NCBI GenBank assembly: GCA_963772725.1
Contig: CAVYYI010000001.1
Coordinates: forward strand, 1,261,231-1,325,230
DNA from: an uncultured Phycisphaerales bacterium
GTDB lineage: Bacteria; Planctomycetota; Phycisphaerae; Sedimentisphaerales; Anaerobacaceae
Direction of reading: 5' to 3'
Length of the DNA stretch: 64,000 bases
Numbering within the stretch: position 1 is the stretch's first letter; the number at the start of each line of letters is the position of its first letter. Shown here one piece after another: positions 1 to 8,359 of the stretch. The notes under the pieces were generated by a model. That model was not told where the DNA came from. It did not search any database and saw only the letters and a program-made list of their open reading frames with translations. A program made the position numbers and the translations under genes.

Positions 1-23
1 CAGCGGTTAGACGAAAGGCGAAA

Positions 24-617
24 TTAGCGTTTCCTTCTCAGCATCACCACACCCAGGCTGAACAGCAAAAACGTCGCGGGTTCGGGAACATTTACAAATT
101 CAATTCTTGCGTTATAGAAAACGGCAGCATTAATATCGATTAAAGTACCATCGGATAATATTCCCGTTAATTGATGTCTTGGTTCGCTGGGGACATTTGC
201 TTGATTGTGAGTCGTGCTATACAACGGAGTTTGTGCTGGCAAGCCATCAATATTAAAATTGCTCCCATAGAGCGTTATAACACTTGTTCCAAAAGCTAAT
301 AAATCGTCATCTACGAAATCAGGATTGGTGTAAATATCGAAACCTGGCAACCCACCATAAATATTGATTCGCACTGAGTTCAACGCCCATATACCACTTT
401 CAATTTTGCCGCCATATATATTAATGGTCGCTCTGTCATAAGTATTTATTTCAATGCATTCAGCGTTATCAAAAAAATTGAGCTTGGTATTATGGGAAAC
501 AGAAATGTAACCATCCACAAAATAATCTACATTATGTGTACCGTTATCATCTAAATATAAACTGGCATCGGAACTTGCTGACAGAAAGAGCATTAAGCAA
601 AAAACCATTTTGTTCAT
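24..617 (-). CDS. PEP-CTERM sorting-domain secreted protein (probable island cargo)
   Basis: N-terminal signal peptide; C-terminus VPEPATFLLFSLGVVMLRRKR is the PEP motif, a TM helix and a basic tail. Confidence 0.92.
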   Translation of the reverse strand: MNKMVFCLMLFLSASSDASLYLDDNGTHNVDYFVDGYISVSHNTKLNFFDNAECIEINTYDRATINIYGGKIESGIWALNSVRINIYGGLPGFDIYTNPDFVDDDLLAFGTSVITLYGSNFNIDGLPAQTPLYSTTHNQANVPSEPRHQLTGILSDGTLIDINAAVFYNARIEFVNVPEPATFLLFSLGVVMLRRKR

Positions 618-813
618 TTTTTCACCTCTTAAAAATTATTGATATTTAAGCGTGCCTATGGCACATAAATTGCGATATACCGATAAATTGGTTTACGGAA
701 TTGTCCCTACTCCGCATCTCACAACACCTTAATTATTACTTTGTTCGCTAAAGTTGAATAAATTATACGCCTTTTAAGCAGAAATACAAGGAAAAAATGG
801 CAAGGGCAGAAAG

Positions 814-842
814 TTGCTTTTTATAGCATTTTCTGCTAATAT
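814..842 (+). promoter_or_regulatory. Putative sigma70 promoter for the wHTH gene
   Basis: TTGCTT (814-819), 17-nt spacer, TGcTAATAT extended -10 (837-842). Confidence 0.5.
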
Positions 843-864
843 AGCGGCAATATTAAGAATTAAG

Positions 865-958
865 TCGGGACGGCAGGCCGTACACCTGCTAAGCGGTTTG
901 GGGTTAGTGCTGTACACCTGTCCGGCATTGACCCTCAACCGACCCGAAAAGGACAGGT
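865..958 (+). ncRNA. Putative structured 5' leader RNA (multi-stem with pseudoknot to the RBS)
   Basis: Stems 865-869/943-947, 872-877/885-890 and 894-911/924-941 (four G-U pairs, one mismatch); loop 916-923 is complementary to 951-958. Confidence 0.6.
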
Positions 959-963
959 TAAAA

Positions 964-2268
964 ATGCCAAGTTTAAATAAATCGCAAAAGTATCTTATTG
1001 CTCATATCAAAAAATATGAAAATATTATAACAAAAATTAGCAACGGTATAACAGACTATCGGCTTCATTTCGGCAATCCTTATATTATAAAAAAAGCAGA
1101 AAAGAACTGGCTGACTTTTGAGTTTTATCCATTACTGGAAAGTAATATTGATATATTTCTCTCGCCTGAACAGGCAAACTATTTTAAGGAAATAATAAAG
1201 GATGCTCATACAGTTTTAGCGAAGTTATCGAATAAATATAATTATACGCCATATAGGTGCTACTCTCTTGCTTCACAGGATATAAAAAAGCTTGCGGATG
1301 CTTCAGTCGTATCTGAAAAGATTATTCAATCTTTCAAAAAACAACCTTCTCTTATGGCTAACATTCAAAAACGTGAGGAATTAGAAGAAAAACTTATAAA
1401 TTCGGGCTATAGCGAACTGGAAATTGCAAAATTGAGCAGTTACGCTGAAATAGATGCGGCAATAGAAAGCCCCCAAACCAAAGAAAGACAGGAAGAGATG
1501 GACAATTCCGAACTCCTGATTCAGCTTGCTGAAAAGCTACGAGCAATCTATGAGCCTTATGTGGACGTAATCGGTCAAGACTTTGAATCTTGGGAAGATG
1601 TTTTCGATAAGTGCGGCACGGCACTTAAACAATGCTTGCGTGAAGTTGAAGATGCGATTTCGCTAATAAGCAATGTACAATATGAGAAAAACAAGGAACT
1701 TTTACTGTGTCTCATACAGGTAAGGAATAAAATGACAGAAGCTTTCCAAGAAGCTAAGTCGAACAGGGCTTTCAATCCGAAAAATTTAGGATTTGAAAAT
1801 GAGATAGAAAGTGCAATAGAAATAATTGATGACATTCTTGGTCGTATTGATGAGCCTAAACTTACAAAATTTGCAGACGAATTGGAAGCCATAGGTAGGA
1901 TTGAACGAGCTAACCAGCAGACAGCAGAAGAACTTAACAGTGGAGACAGCAGGAAAAACAAAAACCTTAAAAAACCTGATATTCCACAAGACATTGTAAA
2001 AACACAAGCAACCAAAACGCCAAAGCCTGTGGTTGTATTAGATGGTAAAGACCGAAAAATTTTATCAGCACTTGAAAAGTATAACCAATTAGTAAATCAA
2101 GTTGACCTTGAAAGTGATTCTTCAATAGGATTAAGTCGCAAGACTATCGGCAAGAGATTACTACTTCTTCATAAAGCGGATTACATCTGTTATCCTAAAG
2201 GGGAAAATGGGGGCATATCAATAACAAATTTAGGGAAAGAGGTTTTAAAACCACAAAAGACATCTTAA
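964..2268 (+). CDS. Large helical protein with C-terminal winged-HTH domain (putative island regulator)
   Basis: ATG 964 preceded by AAGGA; the C-terminal KDRKILSALE...LSRKTIGKRLLLLHKADYI...GGISITNLGKEVL has a wHTH pattern. Confidence 0.7.
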   Translation: MPSLNKSQKYLIAHIKKYENIITKISNGITDYRLHFGNPYIIKKAEKNWLTFEFYPLLESNIDIFLSPEQANYFKEIIKDAHTVLAKLSNKYNYTPYRCYSLASQDIKKLADASVVSEKIIQSFKKQPSLMANIQKREELEEKLINSGYSELEIAKLSSYAEIDAAIESPQTKERQEEMDNSELLIQLAEKLRAIYEPYVDVIGQDFESWEDVFDKCGTALKQCLREVEDAISLISNVQYEKNKELLLCLIQVRNKMTEAFQEAKSNRAFNPKNLGFENEIESAIEIIDDILGRIDEPKLTKFADELEAIGRIERANQQTAEELNSGDSRKNKNLKKPDIPQDIVKTQATKTPKPVVVLDGKDRKILSALEKYNQLVNQVDLESDSSIGLSRKTIGKRLLLLHKADYICYPKGENGGISITNLGKEVLKPQKTS

Positions 2269-2275
2269 AATACTC

Positions 2276-2319
2276 TTCCCATAAACTACCCAAACATTTC
2301 CCATAAACTACGCACGCGC
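2276..2319 (+). promoter_or_regulatory. 11-bp-periodic direct repeats (operator-like) upstream of the xis/alpA-like operon
   Basis: TTCCCATAAACTAC at 2276 and 2298; TGcTATATT -10-like element at 2332-2340. Confidence 0.6.
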
Positions 2320-2349
2320 TATTTTTCATAGTGCTATATTTACGGCATT

Positions 2350-2550
2350 ATGAAAGATACAACGCCGAAATTATTGATTACGGGACAAATGGCACGGCAA
2401 TTACGTGTGCCTGTAAAATGGCTAAAAGCTCAAGCAGAGGCAGGAAAAATACCGCACCTCAAAGCCGACCGCGTATTTCTTTTCAATCCTGACGTTGTAG
2501 AGCAATTGCTTATCGAGCGGGCAAGCAAAGGGGGGCAAAATGCCCACTGA
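2350..2550 (+). CDS. Excisionase-like HTH protein
   Basis: 66 aa; LLITGQMARQLRVPVKWLKAQAEAGKIPHLK...FLFNP resembles MerR-like/HTH_17 Xis proteins. Confidence 0.75.
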   Translation: MKDTTPKLLITGQMARQLRVPVKWLKAQAEAGKIPHLKADRVFLFNPDVVEQLLIERASKGGQNAH

Positions 2551-2788
2551 AACTATCCCCGCTAAAATTGAACCCGCCCTGCTTACAATTGAGCAGGTCT
2601 GCCAGCTATTAAACATATCCCGCGCAGAGTTTTATCGCTTGGATGCTACGGGGAAATTTGCCCCCCTGCCGGTGGGATTATGTGCTAAGCGGCTATATGT
2701 ACGCACTGAAATAGAAGATTGGATAAGAAGCGGGCTACCGCATAGAAAAATATGGCAAACAATTAAAAATAAAGGGGCAAAACAATGA
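2540..2788 (+). CDS. AlpA-family HTH regulator
   Basis: LLTIEQVCQLLNISRAEFYRL...GKFAP...RLYVRTEIEDWI matches the AlpA pattern. Confidence 0.8.
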   Translation: MPTETIPAKIEPALLTIEQVCQLLNISRAEFYRLDATGKFAPLPVGLCAKRLYVRTEIEDWIRSGLPHRKIWQTIKNKGAKQ

Positions 2789-3012
2789 TTGCAGAAAAAG
2801 AAAAGGCCACTGCGTCAACAGCGGCCAAAGACAACAAACTACAATACAAATCATATCGCAGGACTGCGCCACTGTCAAGTCTGAAAACGCAAATCGGTGA
2901 ACTGCTATTTGCATTGCTTACAGGAAACAAGAAGCCGGACGGCTGGCAGCGATTCGACCGGCTCTTACATAGATTTTATCAGCAGAACTCAAGACAAAGG
3001 GGCATCGAGTAA
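2785..3012 (+). CDS. Small hypothetical island protein
   Basis: ATGA overlap with the upstream gene; KEKATASTAAK-type N-terminus common in satellite operons. Confidence 0.55.
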   Translation: MIAEKEKATASTAAKDNKLQYKSYRRTAPLSSLKTQIGELLFALLTGNKKPDGWQRFDRLLHRFYQQNSRQRGIE

Positions 3013-3016
3013 GGTT

Positions 3017-3574
3017 ATGGAAGAACAAAACAGAAAACCTTATTGGGTTTACGAGACTACCGTCCAGCAAAACGACAGGCTTGTTATGAGTAAAAAGTTT
3101 ATCCACTCGAAGCCATTCGTTAAATTAACCGGCGCCGCCAAACAAATACTGATTGAATTGTATATGCGATTGAAGCTGGAAAGTTATGAACCCAAAAGAA
3201 ATCGCAGAAGCGATAAACAGTTTTTTGCCAGCAATAACGGCAAACTTGTTTTGACGTATAGCGGGCTTCATAAACAATTTGGATATTCGACCGCTACCAT
3301 AAGCAAAGCAATAGACCAGCTTGCGGCAAAAGGGTTTATTGAAATTGTGCAGCTTGGCTGCGGAGTTAAAAGGCAATCGCATAAAATCGCTTTGATAAAT
3401 AACTGGCAAGACTACGGAACTGAAAAATTTGCAGCAGGCAAAGGCAAAGCAGATGAACCAGTGAACGGCGGGTTCAAGAAGCGGAAAAATTTACAAACAA
3501 CTTCAGATACTAAAGCAGGTATAACTTCAGAAACTAAAGCTGTTCGGGAACAAAACTATCAAGAATCAGGCTAA
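3017..3574 (+). CDS. Winged-HTH replication-initiator-like protein
   Basis: NNGKLVLTYSGL...GYSTATISKAIDQLAAKGFIEIV wHTH; iteron-like repeats at its 3' end. Confidence 0.65.
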   Translation: MEEQNRKPYWVYETTVQQNDRLVMSKKFIHSKPFVKLTGAAKQILIELYMRLKLESYEPKRNRRSDKQFFASNNGKLVLTYSGLHKQFGYSTATISKAIDQLAAKGFIEIVQLGCGVKRQSHKIALINNWQDYGTEKFAAGKGKADEPVNGGFKKRKNLQTTSDTKAGITSETKAVREQNYQESG

Positions 3575-3627
3575 CAACTTCAGAAACTAAAGCAGTGGAG
3601 CGGCTTTACCGCTTTAGAAACTAAAGT
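3499..3627 (+). repeat. Iteron-like direct repeats (putative origin)
   Basis: AACTTCAGA(T/A)ACTAAAGC at 3499, 3523 and 3576; degenerate GCTTTAGAAACTAAAGT at 3611; AT-rich tract follows. Confidence 0.75.
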
Positions 3628-3846
3628 ATTTTATAATAAGCCACTCCCTGTGGTTTAAGATTATGATGTAAAGGTTATTGATGATGTTAAGGAAATAAAT
3701 TAAAAATGCGAATGCTATTTTTTAAACAGAGAAAAGAAAAATCAGTTGTTACGAATGAGAGAGCGCAGCGAAGCATTAAAGAGAGCAAAGCAAGCGAACG
3801 AATGAGTATGATTTTTATTTTGAGAAAAAATATTTTTATTTTTTGC

Positions 3847-3874
3847 TTGACGAATGTAAAGTATGATGTATAAT
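3847..3874 (+). promoter_or_regulatory. sigma70 promoter of the HTH-integrase operon (probably leaderless)
   Basis: TTGACG, 16-nt spacer, TATAAT; ATG lies 6 nt after the -10. Confidence 0.65.
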
Positions 3875-3880
3875 TTAAGT

Positions 3881-4084
3881 ATGATAATCGAACTGATAAA
3901 AAAACAAATCAAAGCCTGCGGCAAAAGCAGGTATCAAATCAGCCTTGATACTGGTGTTGAGCAGGCTGTTCTTTGCAGGATTATGCAAGGCGGAAGCTGC
4001 AAGGTCGAAACCGCTGATATTTTGTTGGATTACTTTGGGTTTACAATCACTAAAAAGCCAAAGAAAAGGCAGGTGAAAAAATGA
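3881..4084 (+). CDS. Small XRE/Cro-like HTH protein
   Basis: KSRYQISLDTGVEQAVLCRIMQGG...VETADILLDYFG HTH pattern; ATGA-coupled to the integrase. Confidence 0.75.
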   Translation: MIIELIKKQIKACGKSRYQISLDTGVEQAVLCRIMQGGSCKVETADILLDYFGFTITKKPKKRQVKK

Positions 4085-5427
4085 GAGTTTACAGGGCAAC
4101 ATACAGGGACAGGGGCGGACAAGTAAAACAATCCGCTAAGTGGTATATTGATATTTTCGACCATAACAGGCTAAGACACAAGATACCTGCTTTTGAAGAT
4201 AAGCGTCTTTCAGAGGCTTTGGGACGCAATATTGAAAGTGTTATCAATTGCAGAGTTTCAGGACTTGAACCCGATGCAAAATTGAATCAGTGGATAGAGA
4301 CCCTGCCTGATAGCTTACTGAGAAAGCTTGTCTCGTGGGGCATAATGGACGGACAGCGGGCAGAAATCACAAAGCCTTTAACGGAACATATCAAAGATTA
4401 TGTAAAAACTCTTGAGGCCAACGGATTTTCTAAGGATTATTCTGTCCGAACCAAAAACAGGCTTAACAATATTGTTACCGATTGCAGATTTTATTATTTC
4501 AGAGATATTACACAGTCAGCGGTTGAGATTTATATCGGCACACTGAAAAAGAAATTCAACAATACAACAGCAGGACATTATCTTGATGCTATTAAAACTT
4601 TTCTGAATTGGGCTGTACAAGACCAGCGAATTATCAATAATTCTCTGGCAAGGGTTAAGAAACTGGCAAGAAATTCGGCGAAGAAAGGCATATTAACCCC
4701 TGAGCAGTTTATTCATTTAATCAAAACCACTTTTGAGAAGAATATCATTATCGGCAATACCACAGGACACGAGCGGGCTGTTCTTTACCTTTTGGCGGGA
4801 ACGACAGGGCTTAGACGCAATGAACTGCTTTGCCTTGTGTGGGGTGATATTAACCTTGCCGATAATCCCTCTGTTCGTGTCAGGGCTTGCATCGCCAAAA
4901 ATGGCAAAGAAGCCTTGCAGCCGATACCTCTGATGGTGATTAACCTTTTAACGGCACTGAAAGCCCATACAAAGCCGAATGATAACGATAGGGTCTTTGT
5001 CACCTTCGGGACGTGGATTAACACAGCAGGGCTTATAAGGGACGATTTAGCCGTAGCCAAAATAGAGTTAAAAGACAGGGACGGAAACGAAATATGTTTT
5101 CACAGCTTGCGCAACAGCTATATTTCTTTCCTTGCGAATAGCGCGACCCCAGCTAAGGTTATACAGAAACTCGCTCAACATTCAGACCCCCGATTGACGT
5201 TCAACACCTATGCAAGAGTCTTTGAGGATGCCGAACAAAAGGCGATAAATGTTCTGCCGAATTTCGGGAATTTTGTCTTGGACACCTGCTTGGACAAAAC
5301 GTGTACAAAACATGGGATACTTAGAGATACCTTGAGAAAGCAAAACAGCGAAAACACGATTGAAACCGCATTTCCGCTGCAATACAAAATAGCCCCAAGG
5401 GGATTCGAACCCCTGTTGCCGGGTTGA
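4081..5427 (+). CDS. Tyrosine recombinase/integrase
   Basis: Catalytic set present: GLRRNE (R), IAKNG (K), FHSLRN (HxxR), AQHS (H), NTYA (Y); adjacent to the tRNA. Confidence 0.95.
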   Translation: MRVYRATYRDRGGQVKQSAKWYIDIFDHNRLRHKIPAFEDKRLSEALGRNIESVINCRVSGLEPDAKLNQWIETLPDSLLRKLVSWGIMDGQRAEITKPLTEHIKDYVKTLEANGFSKDYSVRTKNRLNNIVTDCRFYYFRDITQSAVEIYIGTLKKKFNNTTAGHYLDAIKTFLNWAVQDQRIINNSLARVKKLARNSAKKGILTPEQFIHLIKTTFEKNIIIGNTTGHERAVLYLLAGTTGLRRNELLCLVWGDINLADNPSVRVRACIAKNGKEALQPIPLMVINLLTALKAHTKPNDNDRVFVTFGTWINTAGLIRDDLAVAKIELKDRDGNEICFHSLRNSYISFLANSATPAKVIQKLAQHSDPRLTFNTYARVFEDAEQKAINVLPNFGNFVLDTCLDKTCTKHGILRDTLRKQNSENTIETAFPLQYKIAPRGFEPLLPG

Positions 5428-5464
5428 AAACCCGGTGTCCTAGGCCAGCCTAGACGATGGGGCC
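5390..5464 (-). tRNA. tRNA-Glu(TTC), CCA not encoded
   Basis: GGCCCCA/TGGGGCT acceptor stem, CCGGG-TTTTCAA-CCCGG anticodon arm, GGTTCGAATCC T-arm. Confidence 0.96.
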
Positions 5465-5471
5465 GGTGTAA

Positions 5472-5645
5472 TTATTCCATGCTGATTGCCTGAACCGGAC
5501 AGGTATCGACGCAAACACCGCAATCAATACAGGCGTTTGGGTCAACCTTTGCCTTGCCTTCAACCATGCTTATAGCCTCGCTGGGGCATTCCGGTACGCA
5601 GCTTTCGCAGCCGGTACATTTTTCCGTATCTATTTTAGCAGACAT
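5472..5645 (-). CDS. 2[4Fe-4S] ferredoxin, 57 aa (below the ORF-track cutoff)
   Basis: Manual translation MSAKIDTEKCTGCESCVPECPSEAISM...ACIDCGVCVDTCPVQAISME has two CxxCxxCxxxCP motifs. Confidence 0.92.
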   Translation of the reverse strand: MSAKIDTEKCTGCESCVPECPSEAISMVEGKAKVDPNACIDCGVCVDTCPVQAISME

Positions 5646-5769
5646 TTCAAAATCCTTTCTTATATTAACAATTATTCAGAAAACACGGAATGTTACAAAA
5701 TTATACAAATTTTACAACAAGATTCTTATGGAATTGAAACAAATTAATGCAAAACAGTCAATGATTTTC

Positions 5770-8223
5770 TTACTTAGGCTGGGAAATCGGTTTATTTGGC
5801 TCTTCAGAGGCGGTTTGCTTTGGCGGCTGCGGAGGCTGAGGTTTGACTGCGCCTAACGCGACAGCCATATCTCTGACGAAAACGTTTGAATCATATTGGG
5901 CTGTCCAGTTCAGTACCTTCTGGAAGCTGGTATCAGGTTTTTGTGAGAGCAGATAAACGGCCATAAGGCGAACGGGCCAATGACTGTCGTTGAGGTTTTC
6001 TGCTACCGCACTTATCAAATCGTAATCCATCGGCAAATCGCAAAGAGCAGCGATAATCTGGGCTTTTGAAATCCAGTCATCGCCTGTGAGATTCATTTTC
6101 AGCGAGGATTTTAATATTTTCGTCATCCGATCGGCGTACATGTATTTGTATTTCGGCTCACCTTTAGCCATGATGTACTCTTCCTGTAACAGGCCAACGA
6201 AGAGTTTAGCTATCTCGAATTTCCTGCCGACGTTACCCCTTGCGAAAGAATCTACCCTGTTTTGAATAAAGGTGCCGCTGACTTCAACTGTGGAACGGTT
6301 TATTTCTAAAGTCCCGGCTTTTACATCAGTCAACCTGTTGACTATGTGTCCATTTGCATCAACAGCCGCATCAATAAAAAGCGTGAATTTTATATTCAGA
6401 TTTGCCTGTGGTGACTCGTTGAGCAGTTTTCGCAATTTTCCTTTAACCAATTGAACAGGTATAAGGAGACTTTTGCCTGAGCCTATTGGCATAGCCGGCT
6501 GGACTTTCATTGATACGAGGTTTGGTATGTTCTCGCTTAAGTCTCCGCTGACCTCTGCGTCAATCCTGATATTGCCAATTAATAAACCGTCATCACAAAT
6601 GACCATCTCGTCCGGAGATTTGTTTGTTATTATAATCGTGCTGTCAAACTCGCTGCCATAAGCGAATTTGGAACCAGCGATGTTTAAGAGTATGGAAAAA
6701 AGTTTTTCTGGTTGAGCGAAAACCGGAACAATCGTTTTGCCAAAGACGTTCTCCATGTTACTTAAAATCGGGTCAGCGGGAATAGGAGCTATATACTCAC
6801 CGCCATTTTGTGCCAGAATTTTTTTTGCTTCTTCAACTTCGAGCGTTCCCGACGCTTTATCGATTGCCGATTTCAGCGTCTCTACAGCCTTATCCTTTGA
6901 ACCCTGGGCTAATAATATTTTGGCTTTCGCCAATTCCATAATCTGGTTACTCTCATAGTTTTCGGTCAAAGCTTTGGCAATATCCACCTGTCCATCGATG
7001 ACAAGGGCATAAGCAAGCAGCGCAGCCGCCGCGGGTGAGTTAGGCTCAGCGGCGTATGCGGCGTTTGCACAAACGACCGCCTGACCTGCATCGGGCATCG
7101 CGAAACAGAAGAACCAAGCAGCTTTTTGGGCGTCGATTATCCCCTGGGCAGTGGAAACATTCATGTTGCTGATTATCTGCTCGGCTTTTAATTTTGCGCT
7201 TTGTAAAATCTCATTGGCTTCCTGTGCCGCTCCGGTTTTCATTGCGGCATGTCCTGCGATTGCTTCAAGAACCAGGGCGTATTGTCCGCGGCTGCGCACC
7301 TTTTTTGCAATCTGCAGACATTTATACTGGCTGCGTTTTGTATTGTAACTTGTTATACTCCATGGAAGATATATCGAAGCCGGCAGCGGCATGTCAGGCT
7401 GAAGATAACCGAATAAATCGGCACAATATTCATAAGCCTGAGCCGACATATCATAAAGCTGGAGGAGTTCCGCTTCTTTTGCAAACGCCATCGCAGCATC
7501 GAGATTGAGAGGATTTTTCGCAAGCATCCGCCTGAAATGTTCCAGCCTCATTGCAGGTGATATTTGTGTCGGGAAGAGTTCGGAAAGCTTCACAAAAGCA
7601 AGTTCATTATACTTATTACTGTTGTACGCTCGCATCATATAAGACACCGCGCTTTGAAAATCGGTTTTTTCAATCATTAAAATACCAAGCAGAGTTGCAA
7701 GTTGAGAACCTACAGTTTGATTTTTGCTGCCGATAGTTTGTAACAATTCGGTAAGAAGCTGCTCTCGCTGCTCGCGTGAATTCAACTGGTCAAGCAGATA
7801 GTTAACAGCCTGATTAACTATTTCCATATCCGCGGAATCATTTACATATTCAGCAAGCAGTTGCCTGACTAACTGCGAACGATTCTGCCCTGAATCGCGG
7901 CAGGCGAGTTTAATCATTTCAGGCAGAACGTAAACTGCCCTGCCATCGAGCGACAGTGCCGCCTTGAGAAAAATGAGAGCCTGTTCGTTTTGAGGTCCGG
8001 TAATATTACCGGGATAGGATAATTCACAGGCAATGTCATAATATGTCTTGGCAACCGATGGGGAGAGCAATTCTTCCGAGTTCGAAGCAGCCTTTGCCGC
8101 TGGTGGAAAAAACAAAAGGATAGCTGTGCACGTTATAAGTGCATAATATAAAATCACTTGCGCACTCTTACATGCGGGCGCAATGATTCTATCACATCCG
8201 GGTGCACTTATGTTTTTGCGCAT
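5770..8223 (-). CDS. Large exported TPR/HEAT-repeat-like protein
   Basis: 817-aa ORF; signal-like N-terminus; helical repeats; C-terminal LNDSHWPVRLMAVYLL HEAT-like motif. Confidence 0.65.
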   Translation of the reverse strand: MRKNISAPGCDRIIAPACKSAQVILYYALITCTAILLFFPPAAKAASNSEELLSPSVAKTYYDIACELSYPGNITGPQNEQALIFLKAALSLDGRAVYVLPEMIKLACRDSGQNRSQLVRQLLAEYVNDSADMEIVNQAVNYLLDQLNSREQREQLLTELLQTIGSKNQTVGSQLATLLGILMIEKTDFQSAVSYMMRAYNSNKYNELAFVKLSELFPTQISPAMRLEHFRRMLAKNPLNLDAAMAFAKEAELLQLYDMSAQAYEYCADLFGYLQPDMPLPASIYLPWSITSYNTKRSQYKCLQIAKKVRSRGQYALVLEAIAGHAAMKTGAAQEANEILQSAKLKAEQIISNMNVSTAQGIIDAQKAAWFFCFAMPDAGQAVVCANAAYAAEPNSPAAAALLAYALVIDGQVDIAKALTENYESNQIMELAKAKILLAQGSKDKAVETLKSAIDKASGTLEVEEAKKILAQNGGEYIAPIPADPILSNMENVFGKTIVPVFAQPEKLFSILLNIAGSKFAYGSEFDSTIIITNKSPDEMVICDDGLLIGNIRIDAEVSGDLSENIPNLVSMKVQPAMPIGSGKSLLIPVQLVKGKLRKLLNESPQANLNIKFTLFIDAAVDANGHIVNRLTDVKAGTLEINRSTVEVSGTFIQNRVDSFARGNVGRKFEIAKLFVGLLQEEYIMAKGEPKYKYMYADRMTKILKSSLKMNLTGDDWISKAQIIAALCDLPMDYDLISAVAENLNDSHWPVRLMAVYLLSQKPDTSFQKVLNWTAQYDSNVFVRDMAVALGAVKPQPPQPPKQTASEEPNKPISQPK

Positions 8224-8359
8224 TTATTTCTCCAATAATTTTCCGAACAACAATCCTTACAACTTTATTTCGGGTAATTTCAATGTCCGCTTAACCTGCT
8301 GAGGTGAAAAAAGAGAGGCTTAACTTCTGTGTTTTGCGATAGTTAAATATTCCGGCACA

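Larger units (their letters stand above)
1..5389. mobile_element. Right portion of an integrative element (genomic island/phage-satellite-like) inserted at the tRNA-Glu 3' end; left boundary probably outside the window
   Basis: Tyrosine integrase abutting the tRNA 3' end; Xis/AlpA-like HTH genes; Rep-like gene with direct repeats and an AT-rich tract; visibly AT-richer than the flanking core genes. Confidence 0.85.

Noticed and set aside
814..963. N-terminal 50-aa extension of the 484-aa ORF from the TTG start
   Set aside because: The region holds promoter-like boxes and an RNA structure, and ATG 964 has an SD; it is probably untranslated
3499..3627. Mini-CRISPR interpretation of the 18-bp repeats
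   Set aside because: The repeats are short with irregular spacing, partly coding, and have no cas genes; an iteron model fits better
5554..5856. 100-aa plus-strand ORF
   Set aside because: It overlaps the clear minus-strand ferredoxin and the end of the 817-aa gene
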